Part shown: piece by piece, positions 45,883-60,728 of the stretch
How positions within the stretch are numbered: the stretch's first letter is position 1
Layout: the number at the start of each line of letters is the position of its first letter
Origin: Paraspadella gotoi
Taxonomy: Eukaryota; Animalia; Chaetognatha
DNA: 64,000 nt
Reading direction: 5' to 3'
Assembly: GCA_051294375.1 (NCBI GenBank)
Contig: CM119267.1
Span: 15,664,105-15,728,104, forward strand
Notes under the pieces: generated by a model
What the model was told of the DNA's origin: nothing
Database searches by the model: none
The model's input: the letters and a program-made list of their open reading frames with translations, nothing else
Position numbers and translations under genes: made by a program

Positions 45883-46062
45883 CGCAGAAGCATCCCTCTC
45901 CGTCAGCCCGCCGCGCGAAAGTTAAGTCATCATCGACGGCGGGGAAAAAAAAATTTAGGCTAATAACTAGATACTTAAAAAATAAAAAATTCCGTTAATG
46001 CGTATGTACATATTATGTCATATAGTTAAACTTCACAAAAATCTCAATTAAATCAAAAAGAT

Positions 46063-48367
46063 TCATTGAACTGGGAAGGCCGGTAAACCAAATTGTTCTG
46101 GAATAAATTCCTCCAAAGATTTGAGTTTCAAAGTCGCCCGGGAAATTATTTTTGGGTCCAAATATTCCTCTGGTAGAGATGGAACGAGCACACAAGGCAT
46201 CTCGGCAGCGAGGGCGGCTGGATAGGAATAAGAAGCGCGATTTAAATAAAAAATATAGTCAAAATAAAATTCTGTATAACTCGCTAAATGGATACAACTA
46301 AAATAATAGCTAACAAAAGTTAATTTTATCCAGTATTATTGTTGTAACATTTAGCTTGATTAATATTTACATGAAGTTTTTCTTAATTATTTTAACCAAT
46401 TCATATTGTTTTCTCACATATTTTTATCTAATATTGCCAGTTTATCTATTTTTGTCTTTTAATTTTTGTCTATTGAAAGAAAATTAAATGAAAGCTAAAA
46501 ATTTAAAGATGACCGGAAATCACGTGACTTTTGATCCACCCCGTAGCGATTTTTTAAAATATCTTATTTGGGTGCAATTGATAGCCCTTGAGCATGCAAA
46601 CCGATACATAAGGTCATTTCGGGTGTAAAAACACTTCGGTCGAAAAAAAAAAGACTATAGCCTTATAGACTATAGATAAAACTTAGTATTTACTATCTTC
46701 GATCACAACTTTTAACATCTCACCTTCAATCCCGAGAGGAGCATCCTCAAAGACAAGACATTGCTTGGCATCGGGAAAAGATTCTTCAGACGCCAGCCTC
46801 TTTAATGCTACAAGAAAGACGTCTGGAGCCGGTTTTCCCTTCTTCACTTCTGGATCACTGCCGCTTAATACAACATGGTTGAACAAACTGTCTTGGGAAA
46901 AAAAAATCTATTGGGAATTCGGGTTGTTAATATAAAAAAGTAGCCACTAGTTAACTTTCAAACTTTTATTTTTTAATTTAAAAAACATTTATTAAATGAA
47001 TGGATAATTTTTATATTGGTTGTACCAATTTCATATGTATGAAAAGTATAGCTTTTTTAAAAAGCTATTAATTGGTGGAAAATAAATTTGAATTGGTTCT
47101 GGCAGTAGAATATAGCAAGACTTTAAAGTCGGAGTCTCAAAATAGAATTGGGGAAAAAGTTATTTCCAAAGGTTAGAGTTGAGGATACTTTTTTTATGAC
47201 TGATGATTACAATATAAAATTGACAAAATCATAAATGAATTAAACATAGAAGGGTTGGCAATGAATTTGCTTTATTTTTCTATAACAATATTTTTTTAAC
47301 TATTGCCAAAGATAGCATTTTAATAATAAATACTGAAAACAATAATTTTTTAAAAAATAATCTCAAAATCAAAAAATAATTTGATGATAAAAATAAAAAA
47401 AATATTTCTAATATAATTGTAAAAGTTTATATTAATCTGCTTCAACACGAGATGACATAAGGAAAAAACTTAGATGTGAAAAAGCTTTGAAAATGACCTT
47501 GGGTAAGTTATCACTCAACTGCTTTTTCTTTATTTTTAAAAAAATAATTTTTCATATAGTTTGCTTAATTATTTTAATTTGATATAAATTAAAAATGATT
47601 AATACCTATCCTTACAGATATTTGATGCTGAATTTGTTCAGCTAATATCATATTATAAATATTTAATAATAGGGAAAAGTTATGAACTCTTCTTGACTAA
47701 AATTAATTAGTTCTCATCAGATTTTTTGTAACTTTCGAACGCTTTACTCGATTTTAATAGGACTTTGACCAATCGCTTCAGCTTTTAATAATCTTTGTTT
47801 TATGTTTCAATATCTTTGTAAAATTCAGCCATCCAATTTAGTTTTTCTCGGTATGAAACAAGTGGCTACTTTTTTTGCGCTGCAGTGTAACATTCGGCTT
47901 GCCTGATGAAATCGCCATGGTGAGCTGTCTTCAAAAGGTAACTTTCACGATCGGATGCAGTCGCTATGGCGATGGGAATTCCATGATTGTGAAGATGCTT
48001 TACCAATCTTTCGACGCCCGGCAAAAGTTCGGCCTCAGAGAAACACTCGCTCTGATATAGGCGTAGGTCCCTAAGCGAAGGATAGATTACAATTTTTAAA
48101 ATCTCTCTAGACTCCTTAATTAAAATATAAGAAAAACAGCATTTACCGCCTGTATTCTTCCACGGTACACGGTAAATTCAAAGCTTCTATCAAAACCGCT
48201 GCTGCTTCATCTGTCTTCCGCCCCATCATTTTAAGTTTTAAATCAATTGTGAACGATTGGTCGTATTTGGCGCAGAAGCGATTTAACGCCCGGGTATATA
48301 GATCTTCGGTGTTTAAGAGCAACCCGTCCATGTCAAACAAAACGCGAGTTACTTGAGCCAACGCCAT
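46063..48367 (-). CDS. PUDP: Pseudouridine-5'-phosphatase (HDHD1, HAD family), multi-exon
   Basis: VLFDMDGLLLNTEDLY; DPEVKKGKPAPDVFL...CLVFEDAPLG; C-terminal SLEEFIPEQFGLPAF. Confidence 0.93.
46934..47876. mobile_element. AT-rich TIR element in a PUDP intron
   Basis: 15-bp inverted repeat AAAAAAGTAGCCACT / AGTGGCTACTTTTTT. An internal 50-bp segment (46987-47036) recurs at 59695-59744. Confidence 0.55.
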
Positions 48368-48444
48368 AATTTAAAACGATTTTCAACTAATATGAAACCG
48401 AGTTAGTATTCGATGTAAATCAACTCCGTCAAAACACGATTACT

Positions 48445-49862
48445 TCATTGCGTTCTGACACATTTTAACCGTCGAAGCTTTTCTAACAACACCCGTACAA
48501 CTTCTTCCGGATCATGCTGTAGAATGTGAAGTCCTTTTACAGAAACCAGAACCAATTCCATGACACCGTCCCGCGTGATGTCGAGGCTTCTCAGACCCAA
48601 CAAAGGGTAAGCATACATAATTTTGTAAATTAAATTAGCTTCTTCGATGTCGGTAAAACCGCACGCCGACGAGAATTTAGGTTTGTAGATCAAAAGCGTC
48701 TGTCCGTACGTACAAATGGCGACTTCATTTTGTCCGTCCATGTCGATGTCGGCCACGACAGAGCCGAGAACGCAATCGTAAAGGTTGGAATCGGGGAGTT
48801 CGAGACCTTTGTTAAAACCGTTGGTTTTGATGTCGGCATAGAGCTTGGCTGGCTCCAGAGCTGACGTTACCAGCAGTTGCAGTTCCTCGTCGATTGGCTT
48901 CCTCTCCGCTTCCTCATCGAACAAATTTAAGACGCGAGAAGGAAATTTGCTGGAATCGTCATCGGATTCGTAGAGCGGTTGCCAACGCCGCTGGCAGAAC
49001 GTATCAGCAGCCCGATTCGTCGATCGAGTGAAGAGTCTTACCGAGGTAATGGGACTGTCGTGAGAAACACTCCAGGATCGGACTATTTCTCGTTTGACTG
49101 TGTCGACGTGGGCGATGCAAACAGAGCCGTTCTGCGTCCCCGTGACGGAGGTGCGTCTGTGGCAAATCTCATCGTGACTGATGTCCATCCAAAGTACGTT
49201 GGACTTAAAGTGGGAGAACTCCGGGAAGTAGATCTCGACAGGTTGTTCGCTGTAGCCGAGACTCATCATTAGCCGGTCCTCGCGAAAAAGGTGGATCTGC
49301 TGGTCGGAACCGGAAAGTAGGAACGCCACCTCGTGAATTCCATCTACCACTAGGTCGGCGTGGTACAGTTGGTAAGGAAAGTAGGGCAGCGCGTGGTCAC
49401 GGCATCCGTTCGCGATGTGGTCGAGGTCGAATTCGCCGCCTGGTTCCGTCGCGGTGTAGATATTGAGGAATTGCGAGGGTTTGGGACTGTCGGCGTCTTT
49501 GATAAAGCAGACCCCGATGACAAGGCCTGCGGAAAAAAGACGCAATTTATCATTTATCATTAACTGATAATATCGGCATATATGAGCTTCACTAATTCGA
49601 TATCACCTTCGCCGTACTGACGACGATTGAACGCGTCAATGGAAACGATTTCGGCGTCGGCGGGGATATAGGTGAATTGAATGCGACGAGTTAACGGACG
49701 CCACGCATCCTCGGTACGCTGAAACTCGAGAGCGTGAACTCCGTGAGAAGTGGCGAACAAAAGTTTATTAGAATTTGGTAACACAATCTCTATCGTTCCA
49801 TAAACGTTCGTTTGGTAGTTGTTGTACATAAAGTGAGCCTCTTTCAGGCTCGGAAAAGACAT
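48445..49862 (-). CDS. KPTN: Kaptin (KICSTOR subunit), 2 exons
   Basis: QTNVYG; IQFTYIPADAEIVSIDAFN; QFLNIY; FLLSGSDQQIHLFRE; DCVL...DIDMDGQNEV...TYGQTLL; DITRDGVMELVLVSVKGLHILQH. Confidence 0.93.
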
Positions 49863-50372
49863 TTTTTAAAGAAATCAAAATAAATCAATGTCATAAATTA
49901 AAATTCTAAAAAAGAAAATGGAATCACTGTTAAATTACAATGCATGGTAACGGTATGGGAACGAAGGAAATATTAAAGAAGATCACAGTAACTTGTAGCA
50001 ATTTAAATCTTCGAAATACAGACAGGCTGATTTCCTTAAGATTCTGAAATAATTGTCGATACTTTAAATAAAAAAAAAAACAATACGACCAAAAACTGTA
50101 GATGAAGATGCTCAGGTTAGTTTGAGTATTTCAATTTTAATTACACTACAAAAAATTTAACAAAACCACCTAACCATCTTATAAAGACGATAAAAGTGTA
50201 TTTCAAGGCGAGCCAGATATGCACCTTCCGAGATGCCTAGAATAACGTAAACGATAATGTTTTTTTTTAAATGCATGTTAAGACCCTGCATAGCGAATAT
50301 GCCCCCGAAAGATTTAGTCCGTTGCAATGATGAGAAATTCAATTGCACGAACACAAATTTCGGCAGTGAAGT

Positions 50373-52071
<1,699 letters not shown>

Positions 52072-52491
52072 ACTCAACTTCGACGGAAAGATGAAGGCAA
52101 ATGAGTTTCGAGTAAAAATAGAGCGGATTAGTGTTTTTTATTAGGAGATTAAATGAGATCTTTCGATAAGTTCAGAGCATGTATGTTCATTGGCGAAAAC
52201 AATTGTCAAAAAATACCCGTTGGTGTCCTTAAGTTTAATCTATTCAGAATTCTGTGAAAAAAATTCTATTTTATAAACTCAAAATAAAAGAGGAAGCGAG
52301 ATAGTTTCAATCACTTTTAAACCTAATGAAAATATTTTTTTAATGAATTATATCCAACTACGTGCAAAAACCAAAAAGTCAAGCGCTCGACGAAAGCTGA
52401 AAAATATCTGGACGAGTTTGTTCTGTCTGTCCTCGCAAGACCGGGATTTCTTTCAATCTTTTTGTTACTGAAAGTTTGTTCGTCAAAAATA

Positions 52492-54701
52492 CTACATGCC
52501 GCTGGATTCGCCGGGAAGGCGAATGTCGTCGATCTTCAAAATCATTCGGACCAACTGGGTGGCGAGACTGATCTGTTGCTTTTTGGCCAGCAGAGTTTCG
52601 ATGACATTTTGGGACTTCATGTCGTTGGTTCCTTTGTTGAGACAATCGATGCCAAGACGAGGGTTGTTCTCTTTAACCTTGAGAACGAAGCAGTACGGAT
52701 TAACCGCCGAGTTGGCAATTGTTGGAAAAAAAAAAAAAAAAATTGGCCGAATATTTTTACCTGCTGGCTTTTCACGTCGCTCAGCGCCCTGATGGGATTG
52801 AGACCAGAGTTCTCCGCTAAGGCCATAGGAATGTTGTCCAGTGCATCAGCGAAGGCGCGCATGGCGTATTGTTCCAGCGTTGAGATCTTATCAGCTTCCT
52901 TAGCCACGTGCAGTGAACAGGTGATTTCCGCAGCACCTCCTGAAAACGAGCGAACGGGTGATGATAGAAATCAGGAGACCTCCTTAAACGCTCATTATCC
53001 TCACCTCCGTACACGATCCTGTTGTCGCGAACGAGATTTCGGACGACGCATATGGCGTCATGCAGAGAGCGTTTCGCTTCTTCGATGATCATTTTGTTTC
53101 CTCCCCGGATAAAAATAGTCACTGCCTTAGAGTTTTGACATTCCTCCAAGATCAGCATTTTGTCGCGTGTCGTTCCTGAGTAAAAGGACGCCACAGGCTC
53201 AATATCACATTTTTCCCCTTCATTTAAACATAAGGTTCTCACCAAAATTAAGTTCCCTCACAATGCCGCACGATCCAAGCTTCTCCTTGGTGAGTTCGGA
53301 GAATCTCGGCACGATCCTTCCTCCGGTCGCAATGGCGATCAGCTCGATCTCGGGTCCGCCGACCCAACGCACCGCCGGAAGTTGGTTTTGCAGCAGCAGG
53401 TGATTGGCTTCGTCGTCGAAACCCCACTGACAGATAGCGAGGGTCGCGCCGGTATCTTTAACCTGTAATATGTTTTCATGTCTTATTAAATACTGCATAG
53501 AAGTAATTATAACGGATTAATTAATAAGGTATGAGAACCATTGTTTCGACATCACCTGCTTGACCATCTCTTCAAACTTTTGTTTCTCGTACTCCCGAAG
53601 TTTGACGTAATCCTCGACGGAGGTGACGTCCAACTTGTGCTTGGTCTTTGGTTTCGGTGGCTCGAAGGGACAAGTGAGAATCGCGAGTTTCACGTCCTTT
53701 AACTAAAATAGATTTATCGATTTTAGTAAAACAAAATACTGAGTGATCGTGTATAAACGAAACTTTTCTTATGACCTCTTTCGGCATTTGCGGGTGAGAA
53801 AAGTCTTTGTCGACGACGACGCCTTTTACGAGAACGGTGTCCTCGAGCTTTCCGCCAACTTTTCCCTCGACTTTGATGAGTTCAAAGTTGACGTCCTTTC
53901 TCTCCATGTCGGCCACCGCCAAAACTGCGTCCACTGCAATCATGGCCATTTGATCGTGGCACCTTTGGGACATTTTCAACAAATTTTAATTATTGTTATA
54001 CGCACTTAAATCAACCAGAAATGGATTTATTAAAGAAACATACCGGTTGATAATTTTAGATCCAAGCGTGGTCATGGCGACTTGCTTGAGCATTTCGGTG
54101 TTATTTAACTCGATAGGAAAGGTGTCGGCGATTGCATCGAGGTGTTGAAGCGCGGCCTTGGCCGCCAATTCGTAGCCGTCGGCGATACGGATCGGGTGGA
54201 TTCCGCGATCAAGAAGTTTCTCCGCGTGCTCGAGGAGGGCTCCGGCGAGGACGACCACTCCAGTTGTTCCGTCGCCTGCGCGATGTTCATAATACATATT
54301 AAATAATATAATTTTTGTGAATATCGGAGCAAAGGTTCTGACCAATTTCGTCATCTTGAGATTTCGAAAGTTGGACCATCAATTTAGCGATTTGATGCTC
54401 GACGTCCATCTTATCCATGATCGTGGCTCCGTCGTTTGTGATTGTGATGTCGCCGTCGGGACTGACCATGATTTTGTCCAAGCCTAAAAAAAATAATCGT
54501 AACCAAATGGTCGGCGCTGAAGGCAAACAAACAGTTCCTACCTTTTGGACCTAACGATGTTCTAAGTGTATTGGCGAGCGTCTTGGCGGCCAAGATGTGA
54601 GACTTATGTGCTTCGATCCCTGACAGGCGCTGCTTTGACTCCTGATCTTGTATGATGATGAAAGGTCGCCCGAATTCGTCGAATGCCAGTTGACCAGACA
54701 T
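52492..54701 (-). CDS. CCT5: T-complex protein 1 subunit epsilon, multi-exon
   Basis: [12 protein letters not shown]; [15 protein letters not shown]; DFSHPQMPK; [14 protein letters not shown]; [27 protein letters not shown]; KIDDIR. Confidence 0.97.
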
Positions 54702-54821
54702 TTTCAAAGTTATACACTTTTTTGGCTAAAATTTAACTTTTAATAATATAAACAAAACGGAATGGATGAAAATATAATAAATACCGTTACATACGACGAA
54801 CAAGAAAATCGAAATATTAGA

Positions 54822-57800
54822 TTAGCCTCTCTTAACCCTCCCACCGTCCTCATCGTCCTGTTGTTGTTTTTGGATCAATTTGGCAAAGAGTCCACCTTTT
54901 CGTACGAGAGTATCGTAGTCGCCGGTTTCCTTGACTTTACCATTTGCAACGACGACAATTACGTCGGCGTTCCTGATCGTGGACAACCGATGGGCAATGA
55001 CGAGGACTGTGCGGCCGGCGACGGCGGCGTCCAGGGCCGACTGGACCACGCGTTCCGACTCGGCGTCGAGGGCGGATGTCGCCTCGTCCAAAATGAGGAT
55101 ACGAGGGTCTTTGAGGAGAGCGCGTGCGATGGCGATTCGTTGTTTTTGTCCGCCGGAAACGGTCATTCCGCGCTCACCCAAAACCGTTTCGTAGCCGTGG
55201 GGGAAAGACTAAATGAAGGTAAAGCGAAATTTTTTTTCGCGGTTTTAACCATCCAGATGGGTTATAAGAAAAATTTTAGTTACCTCAATAAAATCGTGAG
55301 CGTTGGCTTTTCTGGCCGCTGCTTTGACTTCTTCGTCAGAAACCGAAGGCTTGCCATATCGGATGTTTTCCATAACCGATGTGGCGAACAGCGTCGGCTC
55401 CTGGTTAATAAGGCCAATGGCAACGCCGCGAAGCCAAGAGGGGTCGTACCGACGAATATCAACGCCGTCGATTTCTAGTGTTCCAGCGTCTACGTCGTAA
55501 AATCTTTCCATCAACGCCGCCACGGTCGACTTGCCGCCACCAGATTCGCCGACAAGAGCTACCACTCGACCAGCGGGAAGTAGCAAGGAAAAGTCCTCGA
55601 GGACCGATTGTTCAGGACGGGTAGGGTAGGCGAACGAGACAGAGTTAAATCGTACTTCGCCTAGTGACGAATATTAATCAAAATTAAAACATTTGCTTTC
55701 TTAATTGGATTTGTTGCCTTCTCGCCAGTACCCACCAACAAAATCTCGAAGGTCTACTCTCAGAGCACCGGGGGCCCCCTTAACAGGTATGCCTGGCGTT
55801 TTTCCGATGTATTCAAAAACACGAGATCCAGCTCCCATTCCACGAACGACTTGGCCAAAGAGCAGAGAAAGTTGCGCGAGGCTTCTCTGAATAGTTTGTG
55901 CCGCAACAAGGAACGACATTAAATCACCGGGTTTGAGATGTGAGTCGGACATTAAGGATCCGCCGGCGCAAAGAACGCCTTAGCAATTATGAAAAGACAA
56001 AAAATTTACTCTTGATCATCAAAAAGTTATTATTATTATTATTATCCTTATGATGCTCACCCAAAACTATTCCGTTCAAGGCGATGTTGGAGAGACCTTG
56101 AAAAGCGCCGATTGAAAAACCCAGAGCTTTGTTTAGACTAGTGGCTTTATCAGTTTCGCTATTAAAGAGTTCCTGCAACAAATACGACACTTAAGAAAAT
56201 AAATTCAAAATCCTTTCTTATTAGTAGTCGCACCATCTCTTTTTTCTCCATCGAAAACGCGCGCACGGTTCGAATATTTCCCAGTGCTTCGTCGGCAACG
56301 GCCGATGATTTAGCCACCTAAAAGAAATTATTAAAATAAATAAACCATAATAAAAGATTACAGAATCTTAAGATTTACCTGATGTTGGGCCTTTTTGCTA
56401 AGTTTTCTTAAACCCGATCCCAATAGGGATCCGATTAGAACCAAAGCAGGAATGACAGAAGCGAGCAATCCCGTTAATTTGGGAGAGATGTTGTAGAGAG
56501 AAACTATGCACCCGAGAGCTTGTGCGAGAGACCGAAAGCCTGGAAAAGGGAAAATATATAGCCGTTTGAGTTAGAAAGAAACCTGACGTGATAATCATGT
56601 ACCTTGCGAAATGCACGACTTGAAGGAGCTTTTAAAGTCCTGAACGTCGGTTGTCAGACGGCTTACTAACTCTCCAGTTTTGTTCTCATCGAAAAATTCG
56701 ATGTCCTGACAAAAAAACAAAACAATAGTATTAGGGCAATTCATTTCTTATATTTCTTTTTTAAACATTATTATCTCAAGTATAAATTTGAACCATACTT
56801 GTTGTAATAGTGAAGCGAACAATTCCTTCCGCATGTCAGAAGCCACATTTTCCCCGGCGAACGTCAGAAACGAAATGTAACAGAATGTAAAAAATCCCTG
56901 CATTAAGTATGTTCCTAGGAGGGAGAAGAAAAGATGTTAAGACTAAATTATTAACCCTGTTATAAAACAATCTTATAAAACACGCTTATATGTATATTAT
57001 ATAAATTACATATTTTTGGTTAAAACCTATGAGGACGGTCGCAGGGCCCTTAATCGAGGACAAAAATTCGGACGACATGAATTGAACGTTCGTGTTGTCG
57101 CCACCGCCTTCGACAGTGGCGCCGCCCGAAACACCGGCAACGCCTCTACCGAAGACGCCCATTCGCGCCAAAACGTCTACAAATTCTCCGAGTAAGCGAG
57201 GAATGAGAACATTAAGGCCGGCTACCACTACAGCAGCGATGACAGCGCCAATGATGAGTACCATCTAAAAGTTTACAACAAAAACGAAAAAACCTAATGA
57301 ACATACATGCCTCCCGTATAGTTTGGTTAAACTAAGCTCGTCCCATTTACTTGGACAGCTAAGTACTCCTTCACCAACCGCGAGCTCCGGGTTCAATCCC
57401 CTCACGGTCACGCTGGTTAAAGTGTGATGGTGTCAGCATAAATACGCCTTTCCTGCTCTCCCTCGACGTGAGCCACCTTCGCCCGCTGGCGATCTATATA
57501 AAATCTCTAACAGTGGTGCATCGGCCAGGAATCGAACTCGGGCCACCCGCGTGGCAGGCGAGCATTCTACCACTGAACCACCTTCGCCCACTGGCGATCT
57601 ACATAAAATCTCCAACACCAGCTTTTGGGAGATGACTCATACCGTGGCATCACACGTTTTTCCGTTGCTATAAATGATAAGCCCGACATGATCTTATGGC
57701 AATAGAGAAAAATGTGATACCAACGTATGAGACATTAACAGCTGGCGCTCGGGGCTTTAGAGCTGCACCGCATGTTAATGGCATGTTTCTGCCGACACCA

Positions 57801-58320
57801 TCATTTTAAACAGCTTGACCGTGATGGGATTGAACCCGGAACTCACGGTTGGTGAACAAGTAATTAGCTGTCCAAGTCAATGGGATGAGCTGAGTTTCAC
57901 CAAGCTATATGGGAGGCGAATTTAGGATTCGCCAAAAATAATTCATTTTTGATTTTCCCCTACCTGCGGTTTTAAGAAATGAAAAAACATGCCCCAGTCG
58001 AATTGGGGATCCTTGGCCTCGTCCCTCGATTCCATTCCAACCCTCCTGTCTTTGGTCTTGCAATGCACAGGACGAACGTAGATTCTGGCGCTGGCAGCCA
58101 TGACAACGCACGGTGCCGCAGCCAGGGCAGCGTTTCCCAAAGCTTTTGTCATCATCCGCCGCCAACCACTTTTCAACTGATTTACAGGATTTTGGTTCAT
58201 CGTGGTCCTCCAGGCGGCGTCGCATTGTGAAGGGGAAAAGAGTACGCGGCGGAGAGGTCGATGACGAGTCGCAATCGTTGCAAGGTCTCGGCCGCTCGAG
58301 AGAGCGAGTCGAGACAACAT
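54822..58320 (-). CDS. ABCB8: Mitochondrial ABC transporter B8 (half transporter), multi-exon
   Basis: Mitochondrial-type Arg-rich leader; FDW..FF; [14 protein letters not shown]; [14 protein letters not shown]; [21 protein letters not shown]; Walker [10 protein letters not shown]; [14 protein letters not shown]. Confidence 0.93.
57309..57917. mobile_element. ~610-bp foldback element made of two inverted tRNA-like SINE heads in ABCB8 intron 1
   Basis: 57309-57448 is the diverged reverse complement of ~57780-57917 (GCCTCCCRTATAG...GGTTCAATCCC...GATGGTGTC). Pairing resumes at 57619-57745 around a centre near 57680. Confidence 0.75.
57514..57582 (-). pseudogene. 5'-truncated tRNA-Gly(GCC) copy with encoded CCA
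   Basis: The minus strand reads GGTGGTTCAGTGGTAGAATGCTCGCCTGCCACGCGGGTGGCCCGAGTTCGATTCCTGGCCGATGCACCA. The first 5 nt of the acceptor stem are missing; 40-bp direct repeats flank it. Confidence 0.85.
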
Positions 58321-58450
58321 GGTCGAGTCTCGAAATTAAAAAAAATCTTTGCGTTTCGTCGTTAGATCATATCGTCAGTGTCGATTCCTCAATTTTTGCC
58401 ATTTTTCTAAAAACACCAAACGGGGAGAGGAAGGGAAAATAAGCTCTGCG

Positions 58451-60282
<1,832 letters not shown>

Positions 60283-60640
60283 TTAAAAATTAGAAATTAC
60301 AAATCTAGCAAACAGGGCAGTGGAGGCGACGGCGAATAAGCATTGCAATATTTTTTTTCTTTTTACGTCAAAAAATGAAAATTAATTAACCACAAAAGTA
60401 CAACAAAACAAGGCTAAAAGTTACGATTCAAAAAACTAAAAAGGTTTGTATTAAAAAACAAAAATCACCAAAAAAAACCAAAAAAAAAAACTACAATATG
60501 CAATTTTGCATAGTGAAACGAAACACTCATTTTTGTATCTATAAAATTCTATATTGTACTTATACGTAGTATAATATTATGGAATAAAGTGTCTACGCCT
60601 ACTGAACGATTTCTTTTTTGTTTGTTTTGTATTGTTTGGG

Positions 60641-60643
<3 letters not shown>

Positions 60644-60711
<68 letters not shown>
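60644..60711. repeat. (GA)n microsatellite just downstream of the TUT stop codon
   Basis: Direct observation. Confidence 0.95.
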
Positions 60712-60715
<4 letters not shown>

Positions 60716-60728
60716 CACACAAACATCT

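Noticed and set aside
57514-57582. Functional tRNA-Gly gene
   Set aside because: The 5' acceptor strand is missing and CCA is encoded, indicating a reverse-transcribed copy.
57735-57815. Twister-like motif (TTAACATGC...TCTAAAGC) on the minus strand of the foldback element
   Set aside because: P4, T1 and P2 pairings do not close consistently.
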